A stretch of DNA of 63,843 bases, filler included, from Octopus bimaculoides (Eukaryota), in assembly GCF_001194135.2 (NCBI RefSeq). It is 5 parts of 5 records of this genome, joined end to end, with 100 filler letters (N's around TTAATTAATTAA, not from the genome) between each part and the next. Parts side by side here need not be neighbours in the genome. Positions count along the whole stretch, not along the records: positions 24,586 to 56,305 come from NC_068985.1; positions 56,406 to 59,272 come from NW_026297345.1; positions 59,373 to 62,716 come from NC_068993.1; positions 62,817 to 63,843 come from NC_068982.1; 1 more part is not named here. One strand, given 5' to 3'. Below, in pieces: positions 51,791 through 63,245 of the stretch. A program made the position numbers and the translations under genes. How positions within the stretch are numbered: the stretch's first letter is position 1; every line of letters starts with the position of its first letter. The notes under the pieces were generated by a model. That model did no database searches. It was given only the letters and a program-made list of their open reading frames with translations, and was not told the DNA's origin.

Positions 51791-52835
51791 TATTAATGTT
51801 TCTTAGTTGTGAAAGTTTCTTAACTGTCAATGTTTCTCAGTTGTAAATAATTCTACCCCTCCCCTAAAATTGCCGGCCTTGTACCAAAATTTGAAACCAA
51901 TATTTCTTATGAATAAGACGGCGAGCTGACTGAATCATTAGCGCCTCGGGCATAATGTTTTGCAGCTTTTCTTCCGATTCTTTTCAGACTTCATATGCCG
52001 TTGCAGTTGGGTTTGCTTTTCATCCCTTCAAGGTCCATAAAATAAGTAACTGTTGAACACTAGGGTCAACGTAGCCGACTTATTCCTCTCCCTGTAATTG
52101 CTGGGTTTCTACCAAAATGAGAAAAATATTTGTCATGAAAATTTGGATATTCTAAATTTTTGCTTACTGTGACCGTTTCTTAGGTATGAATGTTGATGTA
52201 CTGTGAATATTTCTTGTCTGTCAATTTTTCGTCACTGATAGTATATCACTACTGCGAATTTTGATCGATATTGGGATGTTGTTTGATTGAAAATATCTTG
52301 ACTGTGAATATTTCTAGACTCTGCATTTTTCTTGAGTGTGAACGTTTCGTTATTGTAAATGTTTCTTCATTGAATTTTGCTTCTTTATAATTAATGATTA
52401 TATGTTATGAATGTGTCTTTAATGCTGATGTTTCTTCATAACTGTTACTGTTTTTTTCATATTAATATCTTTTACTGAGATTGTTCATGTTTGCTATTAA
52501 TATATAACTACTTATGGCGGTGAGCTGACATAATTGTTAGCACGCCGGGCAAAATGCTTAACGGCATTTTGTCCGTCTTTACATTTTGAGTTCAAATTCC
52601 CCCGAGGTCGACTTTACCTTTCATCCTTTTGAGGTCGATAAAATAAAAACCAATTGCGTTGTGGGGTCGATGTAATTGACCTACGCATTCTCCCGAACTT
52701 GCTGGCCTTGTACCAAAATTTGAAACCAATATATATATATATATACCTACTTATAATAGTGTGTTACTGTGAATGTATTTTGTTCTTTACTGTTTCTTTA
52801 AAGATTATGTACTTTTACTACTACTGTGTCGTTGT

Positions 52836-53613
52836 TATTCAGGTCAGGTACGGGGGCATGTAGCGCTGCAGCACGTCGCTGCATCCACCAGTTGTCGGTA
52901 TCTGCTCGGACTGTCCTGGGTAATCCTCCGAGCAGTGTCCCAGTCAGTTCCCATTTCCTCAGTAAAGATAACATGATATGCTGGATCCATCTCAAGAAAT
53001 CCAGCAACATCACCAAACAGTCTAAGATGATACTCTCGAATCACACAAATAACAAGACACATCCTAGTTTTTGAGTATAGTCGTTGGGTATCCCATAATC
53101 CTGCGAAGTGTCCTGATATCAAAGGCGTTCAGGCGGCCCCTAGGGCCCCGGAAATCGCCCAGGTCTCGCAACTGTAGAGAAAGACATGAAGCACCAGAGA
53201 CTTTAAGCCATTTGTCCTCCTGCTCAGATATCAGTAGCGCCAAACACCCTTGTTCAGTGATTCCTCAAATGTACCAATACGCCCAAGAGTTTTTGAAACT
53301 TTGGATTTGCACTTAAAGCTGACATAGATCACGCTGCTGAGATAAGTGAAGCGGCAAACACGCAACAGAGACAGACGAAACGGAGTGCCACAGGAAACCA
53401 ACAAAAGACTGAATCTTTGTCTTGAACTAAGAAACTCTAAAGCCAAGCGGTTCCACTTCCTCACTTAGTGAAAAGAGAGAACTCCTTACGACATCCAGAG
53501 ACTCAGCTAGAATAACCGCATCTTCAACAAAATCCAAGTCAGTAATGCTGGTTTCACCAATTGACACTTCACAACTCCATTAAGCCACTAAACCACTGCT
53601 AACGTGTTTCCGG
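52836..53613 (-). mobile_element. RTE-clade LINE 3' fragment
   Basis: ITDLDFVEDAVILAES, FTYLSSVI, FLYSCETW, LRRIMGY, LRLFGDVA; cctgacctga-type tail. Confidence 0.85.
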
Positions 53614-55731
53614 AACTGTGAATATTTCTTCATCGTGAATTTTCTTTTGATGTTTTTGTGTTTTTTTTTTGCCCGTATGTCGTCACAAATGATTTTTTAA
53701 AAAATATATACCACTTCTTTCGAAGTAAGTTTTTTTCATATTTTCTCTGCACGCTAGTATTTTTCCTTGTATCTTTCTATCTTAAGTCGAAAGACATCTC
53801 TGCTTATATTCTATATGTTTCTATTTTTCGCACCAGTCTTTCGACTCCGTCCCATTTGTCTTTAGTCGTAAGACTTGTCTCTTTTTTATGTGAATCCTGG
53901 TGCTTTCCAAATGAAGGATACCAACTGTTTTCAAATGTCGAAATCGTATAGACACTGGATAAAAGATTGACTGATTTATCAATATCCGCTTTTTACTCTT
54001 TCCGATAATTGTCGTAAATGTTCCTTCATAATTATTTCTAAGTAACTCTATGTTATTAGAACTCAGAAAGTGTGCAATGCATTGAATTAGATAATTTTGG
54101 ACAGCAACTGATTAATTTGCAAAGCAGTTTAATTCATAAGTTGTAGACGTGAAAACTTAAGTAGAAAAAAAAAGAAAAAAAAAACTTTGAAAAAGATTGA
54201 CTGGAACTGAAAAATGCAGAAATCGGTGTTTTGAAACTTTAGAATTTCATTTCTGAAACTGGTGCCTGTCTGAAAAATCTTGCCGTGACAATATATATGT
54301 ATATATATTTTCTCAACATGCATCTGAGGATCATTGCTTCAGCGATGAACTATGTCAAATCTATAGATGTACTAATGTTTATAGGAGTTACTCATGAAGT
54401 CACTGTTGCTTGCATAAATTTTAAATTTGTTAAATACAATCCTGATATAAAGTATGTTATAGCTGGCGGAATAGTAAGTCTCGCTAATAGTAAAATAAAT
54501 TTTAATTATTTTTTTATTTTGTCTAATTAATGTATAATATACAGCAGAGACATTTTAAAACAGTAATATTTAAACACATTGATTTTAATTATTTTTGAAA
54601 ATGTTTATGATATACAATACTATTTATACATTCTTATTTTTTCAATTGATTTTTAAGATTTTTACATTAGAAACTGCTTCAACATACTACTGAAATGTTT
54701 CTATTTATTTCAGTTTCTCTGTTATATATTATAAACAAAAAATAAACAAAAAGATTTCACGGCACCTTTTTCGTGAAAATTATTTCTGATTTATTACCAC
54801 AGTAATTTTACTTTTTATGAATATCTATCATAAATAAAGCATGTAATTTCTAATGGCTTCCAATTCAGACAATTTAAAGTTTATCGGTTCTCTAAACAGA
54901 CTTTTTAAAGAACGTTTGAAAGTATTTTGCTGTCATCCCCCCATAAAATAATTTGTAAAATATAGATATATTAAAAATGATAATGTATTACTCAGAATTT
55001 TCTACGGACACGTTTTAAAAGATTATTGTTCGTATGAGGCACTCTCGCGAAAACGTTTGCCAACGGACTAGAATTTTTGAATATAATTGTAACATCTTAG
55101 TTTCCGGACATTTCATCTAAAAGTTGACTTGAGTGTTGTAGAGTCAGTAGCTGACCAGAAATATTTCCTGGTCCTGGCTAGTCTTTGGAATGCAATATTT
55201 GCTATGCTTTGAGTAAGCTGTGTCAAGGAAAGATCAGTGAATGGTGGTTGACACTTAGCAATCACAGTGGCTTAATTTTATTCAAACAGCTGCAAATGTT
55301 ATCACAGATCCACTATTTAGCTACATCATTAATAATGAGATGCATTTAATTACAACTGATACTGTTATATTACATTTGCGTCTCATTGCTTAAATACCTT
55401 GAGATATAATAAGAAACAGTTTGTATTTAAAAATAAGTGAAATGTATAATCGTACCTGCATATATAAATTATTCCTTTGAGTGACTGTCTGTAAATATCA
55501 GTTTTGAACTTTAAGATATATTCCTCTAATATTATGACGCTTTAGTTTGTAAACTGTAATGTGTCGTTGCTAAACAAAATTAGTATAAGGTGTTCAAAAG
55601 AAATGATTGTGTAAATTCTTGTTTATATTGACGATATCTTTACCTAACACAAGAAAAATACATTCAAAACCCAAATATTAAAAGAGAGTAGAAAATAATG
55701 AAAACAAGATTAACTAATTGCTTGCAATACT

Positions 55732-55737
55732 TTTATT
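55732..55737 (-). promoter_or_regulatory. Poly(A) signal AATAAA of hemocyanin gene 2
   Basis: Canonical hexamer 101 nt after the TAG. Confidence 0.7.
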
Positions 55738-55837
55738 GAAAGAAAATGCAGCAAAAAAAAAAAAAAAATTCATTGTCAAGTAGTAAATATCTGCCAGTTA
55801 ATTCTTTCAAAGATCATACAAAGAATCAGAATAAATG

Positions 55838-56022
55838 CTAGTGTCCTTTGGCCGGAACGAAGAAGACCGTCGGAGGGGTGAGATAGCTATTTGGTAAAGT
55901 ACGACCATCGATACCTTTAATAGTAACCTTTATATCGAAATCATCATGAGCATCTAAACGCAAGTGTTTCAGACTTGTGGTGATATCATATTTAAAAAGA
56001 CGGTCAAATGCCCAGAACATCT
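55838..56022 (-). CDS. Hc: Hemocyanin gene 2, FU-g C-terminus
   Basis: MFWAFDRLFKYDITTSLKHLRLDAHDDFDIKVTIKGIDGRTLPNSYLTPPTVFFVPAKGH*; 160/176 nt identical to gene 1. Confidence 0.95.
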
Positions 56023-56122
56023 NNNNNNNNNNNNNNNNNNNNNNNNNNNNNNNNNNNNNNNNNNNNNNNNNNNNNNNNNNNNNNNNNNNNNNNNNNNNNN
56101 NNNNNNNNNNNNNNNNNNNNNN

Positions 56123-56305
56123 GCACCCGAGAGCGTTTGCTAATTTCAGATTAGGAGGTATCAAGACCTCTGCCAACGTTCGAGTCGCAGTTTGCGTTCC
56201 GACCGATGACAAAAGACACAGCGATAACTGCAACAATCATGTCGGTTCTTTCTTTATTCTTGGTGGTGTACACGAGATGACCTGGAACTTTGGTTATCCC
56301 TTCCT
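56123..56305 (+). CDS. Hc: Hemocyanin FU-a fragment on an isolated mini-contig
   Basis: HPRAFANFRLGGIKTSANVRVAVCVPTDDKRHSDNCNNHVGSFFILGGVHEMTWNFGYPF; matches the recalled octopod FU-a beta-domain. Open across the whole contig. Confidence 0.9.
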
Positions 56306-56626
56306 NNNNNNNNNNNNNNNNNNNNNNNNNNNNNNNNNNNNNNNNNNNNTTAATTAATTAANNNNNNNNNNNNNNNNNNNNNNNNNNNNNNNNNNNNNNN
56401 NNNNNTGAAGTACTTTATTAAATTCGTTTTTATTATTTACAAAATTATAATCACTTATTCATCTATCGTAAAGATAGAAAGATGGATTTCTAAAGGGAAA
56501 ATTGCTATCACTTAGTATCTTATCCCTTTTGGCATTGTAATTTTCCGTCACCTTCTGTTCACAAAACCATCTAAAGTTTAAACTGAAGGTGAAGTCCCTT
56601 GCTGAATTTATTGAAAAATATTCAAC

Positions 56627-57012
56627 AGGCACAGGAGTGGCTGTGTGGTAAGTAGCTTGCTTACCAACCACATGGTTCCATGTTCAGTCCAACTGTGTGG
56701 CACCTAGGGCAAGTGTTTTCTACTATAGCCGACCAAAGCCTTGAGAGGATTTGGTAGATGGAAACTGAAAGACGCCCATCGTGTGTGAATGTGTGTGTGT
56801 GTTTGTGTATCAGTGTTTGTTCCCCCTCACCACCAACATCACTTGATATCCTATGCTGGTGTGTTTACATCCCCATGACTTAGCAGCTTGGCAAAAAGAG
56901 ACCGATAGAATAAGTACTAGGCTTACAAAGAATAAGTCCCGGGGTCGATTTGCTTGACTAAAAAGTGGCGCTCCAGCATGGCCACAGTCAAATGACTGAA
57001 ACAAGTAAAAGA
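56627..57012 (+). mobile_element. SINE family A, full length
   Basis: Near-consensus sequence. Confidence 0.85.
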
Positions 57013-57044
57013 ACAAAAAAATATATTACATTAATTTATTAATT

Positions 57045-57345
57045 CACCCCTTTAATAAAGTCGTGGGTGATGGTAACTGTATGTTCAGAGCTGTATCACT
57101 CTAGCTCAAAAACAACAGAAATTACCAAACTCTTTGGGAAGAGTCCGTATGATACATATGCAACTAGGAAAGCACTTGGAGAGTGCAGACCTCCACCAAG
57201 CTCATTTTAAGATAGATACGCAAGTAAAATTACTAATAAAGAAACAAAAATAAACTTTGGAAACAGCAACGCCACCATAAATTACGTGGAAACGATGAAT
57301 GTGTTTTCAAGGGAGATAATCAAAGAACGTAACATTGTAATACTT
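57045..57345 (+). pseudogene. Decayed OTU cysteine-protease domain
   Basis: HPFNKVVGDGNCMFRAVSL*LKNNRNYQTLWEESV*YIC; DGNC.FRA catalytic motif at 57069-57092. Confidence 0.7.
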
Positions 57346-57347
57346 CA

Positions 57348-59272
57348 TCTCTATCTATATAAAATAGAGATGTCTGTGTATTCGCTTTTCACGTGAAATC
57401 GACTTCACCAAATGCTTCCATACTTGTGATGCATGAATAATTTGACCTCGGATAAATGTTAGGCTCTTCATTTGATTTTTTTAATTAAAAATAAATAATA
57501 TTACTTTATATTTAAGATTCACTTCTTTAAAAAGGTTCCTCAATGTCAACTTCCGGTATTGACGTAACAACGGCAAAAAGCTTCACTCTCTATTTTGACG
57601 TTTTTGTACCAAATGCTTACATACTTGTGATGAAATGTCANNNNNNNNNNNNNNNNNNNNNNNNNNNNNNNNNNNNNNNNNNNNNNNNNNNNNNNNNNNN
57701 NNNNNNNNNNNNNNNNNNNNNNNNNNNNNNNNNNNNNNNNNNNNNNNNNNNNNNNNNNNNNNNNNNNNNNNNNNNNNNNNNNNNNNNNNNNNNNNNNNNN
57801 NNNNNNNNNNNNNNNNNNNNNNNNNNNNNNNNNNNNNNNNNNNNNNNNNNNNNNNNNNNNNNNNNNNNNNNNNNNNNNNNNNNNNNNNNNNNNNNNNNNN
57901 NNNNNNNNNNNNNNNNNNNNNNNNNNNNNNNNNNNNNNNNNNNNNNNNNNNNNNNNNNNNNNNNNNNNNNNNNNNNNNNNNNNNNNNNNNNNNNNNNNNN
58001 NNNNNNNNNNNNNNNNNNNNNNNNNNNNNNNNNNNNNNNNNNNNNNNNNNNNNNNNNNNNNNNNNNNNNNNNNNNNNNNNNNNNNNNNNNNNNNNNNNNN
58101 NNNNNNNNNNNNNNNNNNNNNNNNNNNNNNNNNNNNNNNNNNNNNNNNNNNNNNNATTGTTTACTATCTTCTGCACTCGTGTATTTCTGTATACGTATAT
58201 AACCATGCCTAGAAGGAAAATGTCAAATTTGTCTATAAAATCAAGGTCAGCCAAAAGAACGTCTCTGTCCAGAAAAAGAGAGACAGTTGCAGAAAGGGAA
58301 AGCATGCCAAGAAAAGAACAGACTGTGCACTACAAAAGCCAGAGCATCTGAAAGTGATGAACAGAGGTATGCACGACTGACAAGGAATAGGATCTCCACT
58401 GCAGAACGAAGAGCAGTTGCAACAGCTCAGAGAAGCAACTTCTATGAAGCAGCTTTCAATTATGATCCAGCAGTTCATTATGCAGATGACACTAGAGTTT
58501 CCATTGGTGCAATGACAACTGAGTGCATTCATTGTAAAGCAAGGAAGTGGCCTGGATAGACACTTGCACTGTGCTGCAGTGGTGGAAAGGTTAAACTCCC
58601 CGCAGTCCCCCAACCTCCAGAGCCATTGAAGAAACTGTTATCATCAACTGATCAAGATTCCAAGCACTTTCAAAACAAAATTAGGCAGTACAATGCTGCT
58701 CTACAGATTACATCATTTGGGGCCACAAAAGATATAACTGAGCCAGGATTCATGCAAACTTTCAAGATCCAAGGTCAGATTTATCATCGGATTGGCTCTC
58801 TACTACCTCTATCAAATGAATCACCAAAATTCCTTCAAATATATTTTATGGGTGATTCTCAACAAGAAGGACAAGGGAGGTGCAAGAACATTTCCGGAAT
58901 CAGGATGAACATTGTAGTGTCTCTGCAAAAGATGCTGCATGACAACAACAACTTGATCAGAAGCTTCAAGACTGCACTTGAAAAAAAAATTCCACCTGAC
59001 TCCCTGGATTACAAGGTACTTATCAGATCAGACAAGACACCATCTGGTCAACATGGAGGGAGGTTTAATGCACCAACAGAAAATGAAATAGCTGTGCTTC
59101 TGGTTGGGCAAGAACATGACAAGCGTGACATTGTCCTCCATCTCAGAGACAGCACACTGATGAGGATTTCAGAAACACACAGATTCTAGGATGCACTACA
59201 ATATCCATTACTGTTCTGTTACGGACAAGATACTTACCACATTGACATGAGACAGACAAACTCCTCAAAGCG
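57348..59272 (+). mobile_element. Helitron 5' end and RepHel N-terminal region
   Basis: A|TC start; ECIHCKARKWPG*TLALCCSGGKV, FQNKIRQYNAALQITSFG, FKIQGQIYHRIGSLLP, RFNAP, HRF*DALQYPLLFCYG; two in-frame TAG stops. Confidence 0.92.
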
Positions 59273-59372
59273 NNNNNNNNNNNNNNNNNNNNNNNNNNNN
59301 NNNNNNNNNNNNNNNNTTAATTAATTAANNNNNNNNNNNNNNNNNNNNNNNNNNNNNNNNNNNNNNNNNNNN

Positions 59373-59407
<35 letters not shown>

Positions 59408-60179
59408 CACATATACATATATACATATATACATATATACATATGTGCATATATAAATTATATATATGTGTGTATGTATGTATTTGTGTGTCTGTGTTTG
59501 TACTCCCACCATCGCTTGATAACCGATGGTGGTGTGTTTACGTTCCCATAACTTAGTGGTTCGGCAAAAGACCTATAGAATTAGTACTAGTCTTACAAAG
59601 AATAAGTCCTTGGGTTGATTTCTTTGACTAAAGGCGACGCTCCAGCATGGCTGCACTCGAATGACTGAAACAGATAAAAGACTAAAAGAAAAGTGTATAT
59701 ATCTATATGTATTATTACTTAATTAATTTGAAAGATGTAATGATATATATGTATGTGTAGGTATTTGTGTATTTATCTATATATATATATATTGTCTATG
59801 TAGATGTGTGGCTGTGTGGTAAGACGCTTGCTTCCCAACTACATGGTATGGTTCTGGGTTCAGTCCCACTGCGTGGCACCTTGGGCAAATTTCCTCTACT
59901 GTAGTCCCCTGCTAACTAGAGCCTTNNNNNNNNNNNNNNNNNNNNNNNNNNNNNNNNNNNNNNNNNNNNNNNNNNNNNNNNNNNNNNNNNNNNNNNNNNN
60001 NNNNNNNNNNNNNNNNNNNNNNNNNNNNNNNNNNNNNNNNNNNNNNNNNNNNNNNNNNNNNNNNNNNNNNNNNNNNNNNNNNNNNNNNNNNNNNNNNNNN
60101 NNNNNNNCATTCACTCTGCATTTTTCTTGTGAATGTGTGTATATAGATGTGTATATGAACATTTTTGTGTGCGTATGGG

Positions 60180-60214
<35 letters not shown>

Positions 60215-61059
60215 AGGTGTGTATATGTGTATATGATCTATGTATATATACATGTGTATGTTGTGTAGACATGTGTATATGCACATCTGGTTGGTATTTG
60301 TCTATATATATGTGTGTATATGTGTATCTGGATATGTGTGTATATATATACGTGTATATGTGTGCAGGTGTGTATATATGTATATGTATATATATATGTG
60401 TGTGTGTATGTGTGTGTGTGTGTAAGACAAGAAATACTTTTTCTCTTTTTTCATGGAGACAAAAGGGTTTATAGGACTGTAAAAGCGTGTCATGCTACTA
60501 CAACACTAAATAAACTAAGATAAAATAAAATATCAATCGACTAAAAGATTTTTTTTAAAGTTTTATTTTACTCCTCTCATGCAAGAGTGCATCCAAAAAG
60601 TTAAATTCTTAAAACCATGGTAGGTTACAGTCCATTTCGGGAGATCAGTACCCCGGTTCGATTATATTTAAAATGAATCACGGCAATGACCCCCTCAGGA
60701 TGAACAGGAACATGCACAAAACAAGACTAAAAAGTAGCACGACACACTTTTGAATTTTTATCAATATTTAGTCGTTTATATTTAGCTTTTTCATAGGCCG
60801 CTCTATATATTTGTATTTTATTCGCATATATATTTTTACCTTCTGTCTTTTTATGTATATGTATATTTCTATATGTTTAAAAACCATGGTAATATTTATA
60901 TATGATCAAATGTTTGAGATATAGTGTTATGTATAAAGTCGTTGACTCTAATTTGATATTTGTTCTATGATCAATATTTCTTCATATATATATATGTATA
61001 TATTTATGTTTATATGTATATGTGCACATGTATCTGTGTATATACATATACACGTCTCT

Positions 61060-61440
61060 TCTCTCATGGCACGTCTACCTAGCGTTCATAATAATTTTTC
61101 TATCGTCTTGGCTCAACAGCCCTCACCGTTTCTTTTTACTGTCTTGTTCTCACTGTCCTGTTCTTGTTTACACTTTCACCCTCCGCAAAAAATTCCAAAT
61201 TTTATTTAATTTGCTTTGCGGGAACGGCTGTTCCGACGAAGTCGCATATTGTCCTTGCCTTCGAAAGGCGGAGTAGATGGAACAGGGACAACTGACGAAG
61301 GGGTATACTCTTTATGTTGCATGTCTCGTTTCTCTGTTTGCTTTTTTCGTTGTTCGAAAAAAGTTCGTTTACTATTTTGGTTTTTATGTTTTCGTTTCTC
61401 AGTGTGCTTAACGTTTTTTTTATGTCCTGTATCTATATAT
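61060..61440 (+). mobile_element. Structured non-coding repeat with hammerhead-like junction (probable Penelope-type terminal repeat)
   Basis: CpG-rich multi-hairpin block 61218-61320, T-rich tail, flanked by TA-rich microsatellite. Confidence 0.45.
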
Positions 61441-61764
61441 GCATGTATGTATACATAGACATGTAGGTATGTACATATATGTATGGATATATGCAAATAT
61501 TTATATATTATTTATATTATTATATGATCGAACGCCACGCATCCTTTTCCAAGTATATNNNNNNNNNNNNNNNNNNNNNNNNNNNNNNNNNNNNNNNNNN
61601 NNNNNNNNNNNNNNNNNNNNNNNNNNNNNNNNNNNNNNNNNNNNNNNNNNNNNNNNNNNNNNNNNNNNNNNNNNNNNNNNNNNNNNNNNNNNNNNNNNNN
61701 NNNNNNNNNNNNNNNNNNNNNNNNNNNNNNNNNNNNNNNTATATATATACATGTGTATATATAT

Positions 61765-62158
61765 AGGCGCTGGAGTAGCTGTGTAGTAAGTAGCTTGCTT
61801 ACCAACCACATGGTTCCGGATTCGGTTCCATTGTGTAGCACCTTGGGTAAGTGCTTTCTACTCTAGCCGCGGATCGACCAAAGGCTTGTGAGTGGATTTG
61901 GTAGACGGAAACTGAAAGAATCCCGTCGTATATATATATGTATGTATATGTTTGTGTGTCTGTTTGTTCCCTCAACATCGCTTGACAACCGATGCTAGTG
62001 TATTTACGTCCCTGTAACATAGCAGTTCGGCAAAAGTGACCGAGAGAACAAGTACTAGGTTTACAAAGACTAAGTCCTGGGGTCGATTTGCTCGACTAAA
62101 GACGGTGCTCCAGCATAGCCGCAGTCAAATGACTGAAGCAAATAAAAGAATAAAAGAA
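61765..62158 (+). mobile_element. SINE family A, full length
   Basis: Near-consensus sequence. Confidence 0.85.
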
Positions 62159-62816
62159 TATATATATGTATTTATAACAATTTAAATAAAGATTATTATT
62201 ACCATTATTGATGATATTAATAAGGTAATAATAGGGTGGCTATATTTGAATTTATATGCATGTTAAATAAATAAATGGATAAATTGGTAATGATTATATT
62301 GAATAAATTTATACTAATTTTTAAAACTTAAAATAGGTGCATTAGGTTGTGGTAAAATTTTTGAAGGTATAGAAAATGACGTGAAAAATATTTTTTCCTT
62401 GTGATATTTACCCATACTTTATAATGTGGCAACATTCTTTAGCCTAATTGTATCTGAGGCCAAATTTTGTGATTGTACTGAATGATTTATAAGTTTTTTT
62501 ATTTAAACTGAATGGTTTGTAGCTTTAAATTACTATATTAATGAGGATATTTATAATATTTCAGTGGATTAAAAAATAAATTTATTTGTAAGCATCATAA
62601 TATATTTGCCTTAAGTATTAATTATATCACTACATTCGTAGTTAGATTTAAGATATTGGCTTTAATTATGCTATCATCTTTGTATAAAATGATTATCAGT
62701 ATATATATATATATATNNNNNNNNNNNNNNNNNNNNNNNNNNNNNNNNNNNNNNNNNNNNTTAATTAATTAANNNNNNNNNNNNNNNNNNNNNNNNNNNN
62801 NNNNNNNNNNNNNNNN

Positions 62817-62859
<43 letters not shown>

Positions 62860-63069
62860 TGTGAATGCCAGTGATGAGCACAACTTAAAACATTCGGTTT
62901 TGCTGTCGTAACTTCTCATTCATCACTTTCCATATCTCCATCGTCATGGAAATCACAGAAGTCGTAACAGCGCAATACAATTTTTGGCTCATTCTGAAAA
63001 TTTTCTTTTATTTGCACATTCCATTATATTTCTATATCTAATCTTTAAATTGTCCTCCACAAATTCCGC

Positions 63070-63245
63070 ACTTACGATTCTGTCGCTTACCTCTGACTTG
63101 GAGATTCACGCTGTAATTTAATCGTTCAAGATCGACTCGATTGCGGGGTACTTCACACACGTTTTCTACCGCAACGTAGGTAGAGGCAAGGATTATGAAA
63201 TTACGTTAAGGTTATCTGTGTGGAGACTCGACACAGATTGGCTCC
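63070..63245 (-). promoter_or_regulatory. CpG-rich candidate promoter and first non-coding exon
   Basis: AGCCAATC at 63243-63236; about 13 CpG in about 175 bp; donors AG|GTAAGC (63090) and GTAAGT (63075). Confidence 0.35.

Larger units (their letters stand above)
49584..53650. repeat. 17-bp minisatellite (consensus ACTGTGAATGTTTCTTA) split by retroelements
   Basis: 13 consecutive in-register units at 49684-49905; resumes at 51789-51850, 52166-52445, about 52765 and 53615-53650. Confidence 0.85.

Noticed and set aside
56123-56305. Initial assignment of the fragment to FU-c
   Set aside because: The recalled octopod and gastropod sequences place this motif in the first unit, FU-a.
62870-63000. 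GTGATGA...CTGA as a C/D-box snoRNA
   Set aside because: No terminal stem outside the boxes and no rRNA antisense element I could recognise.
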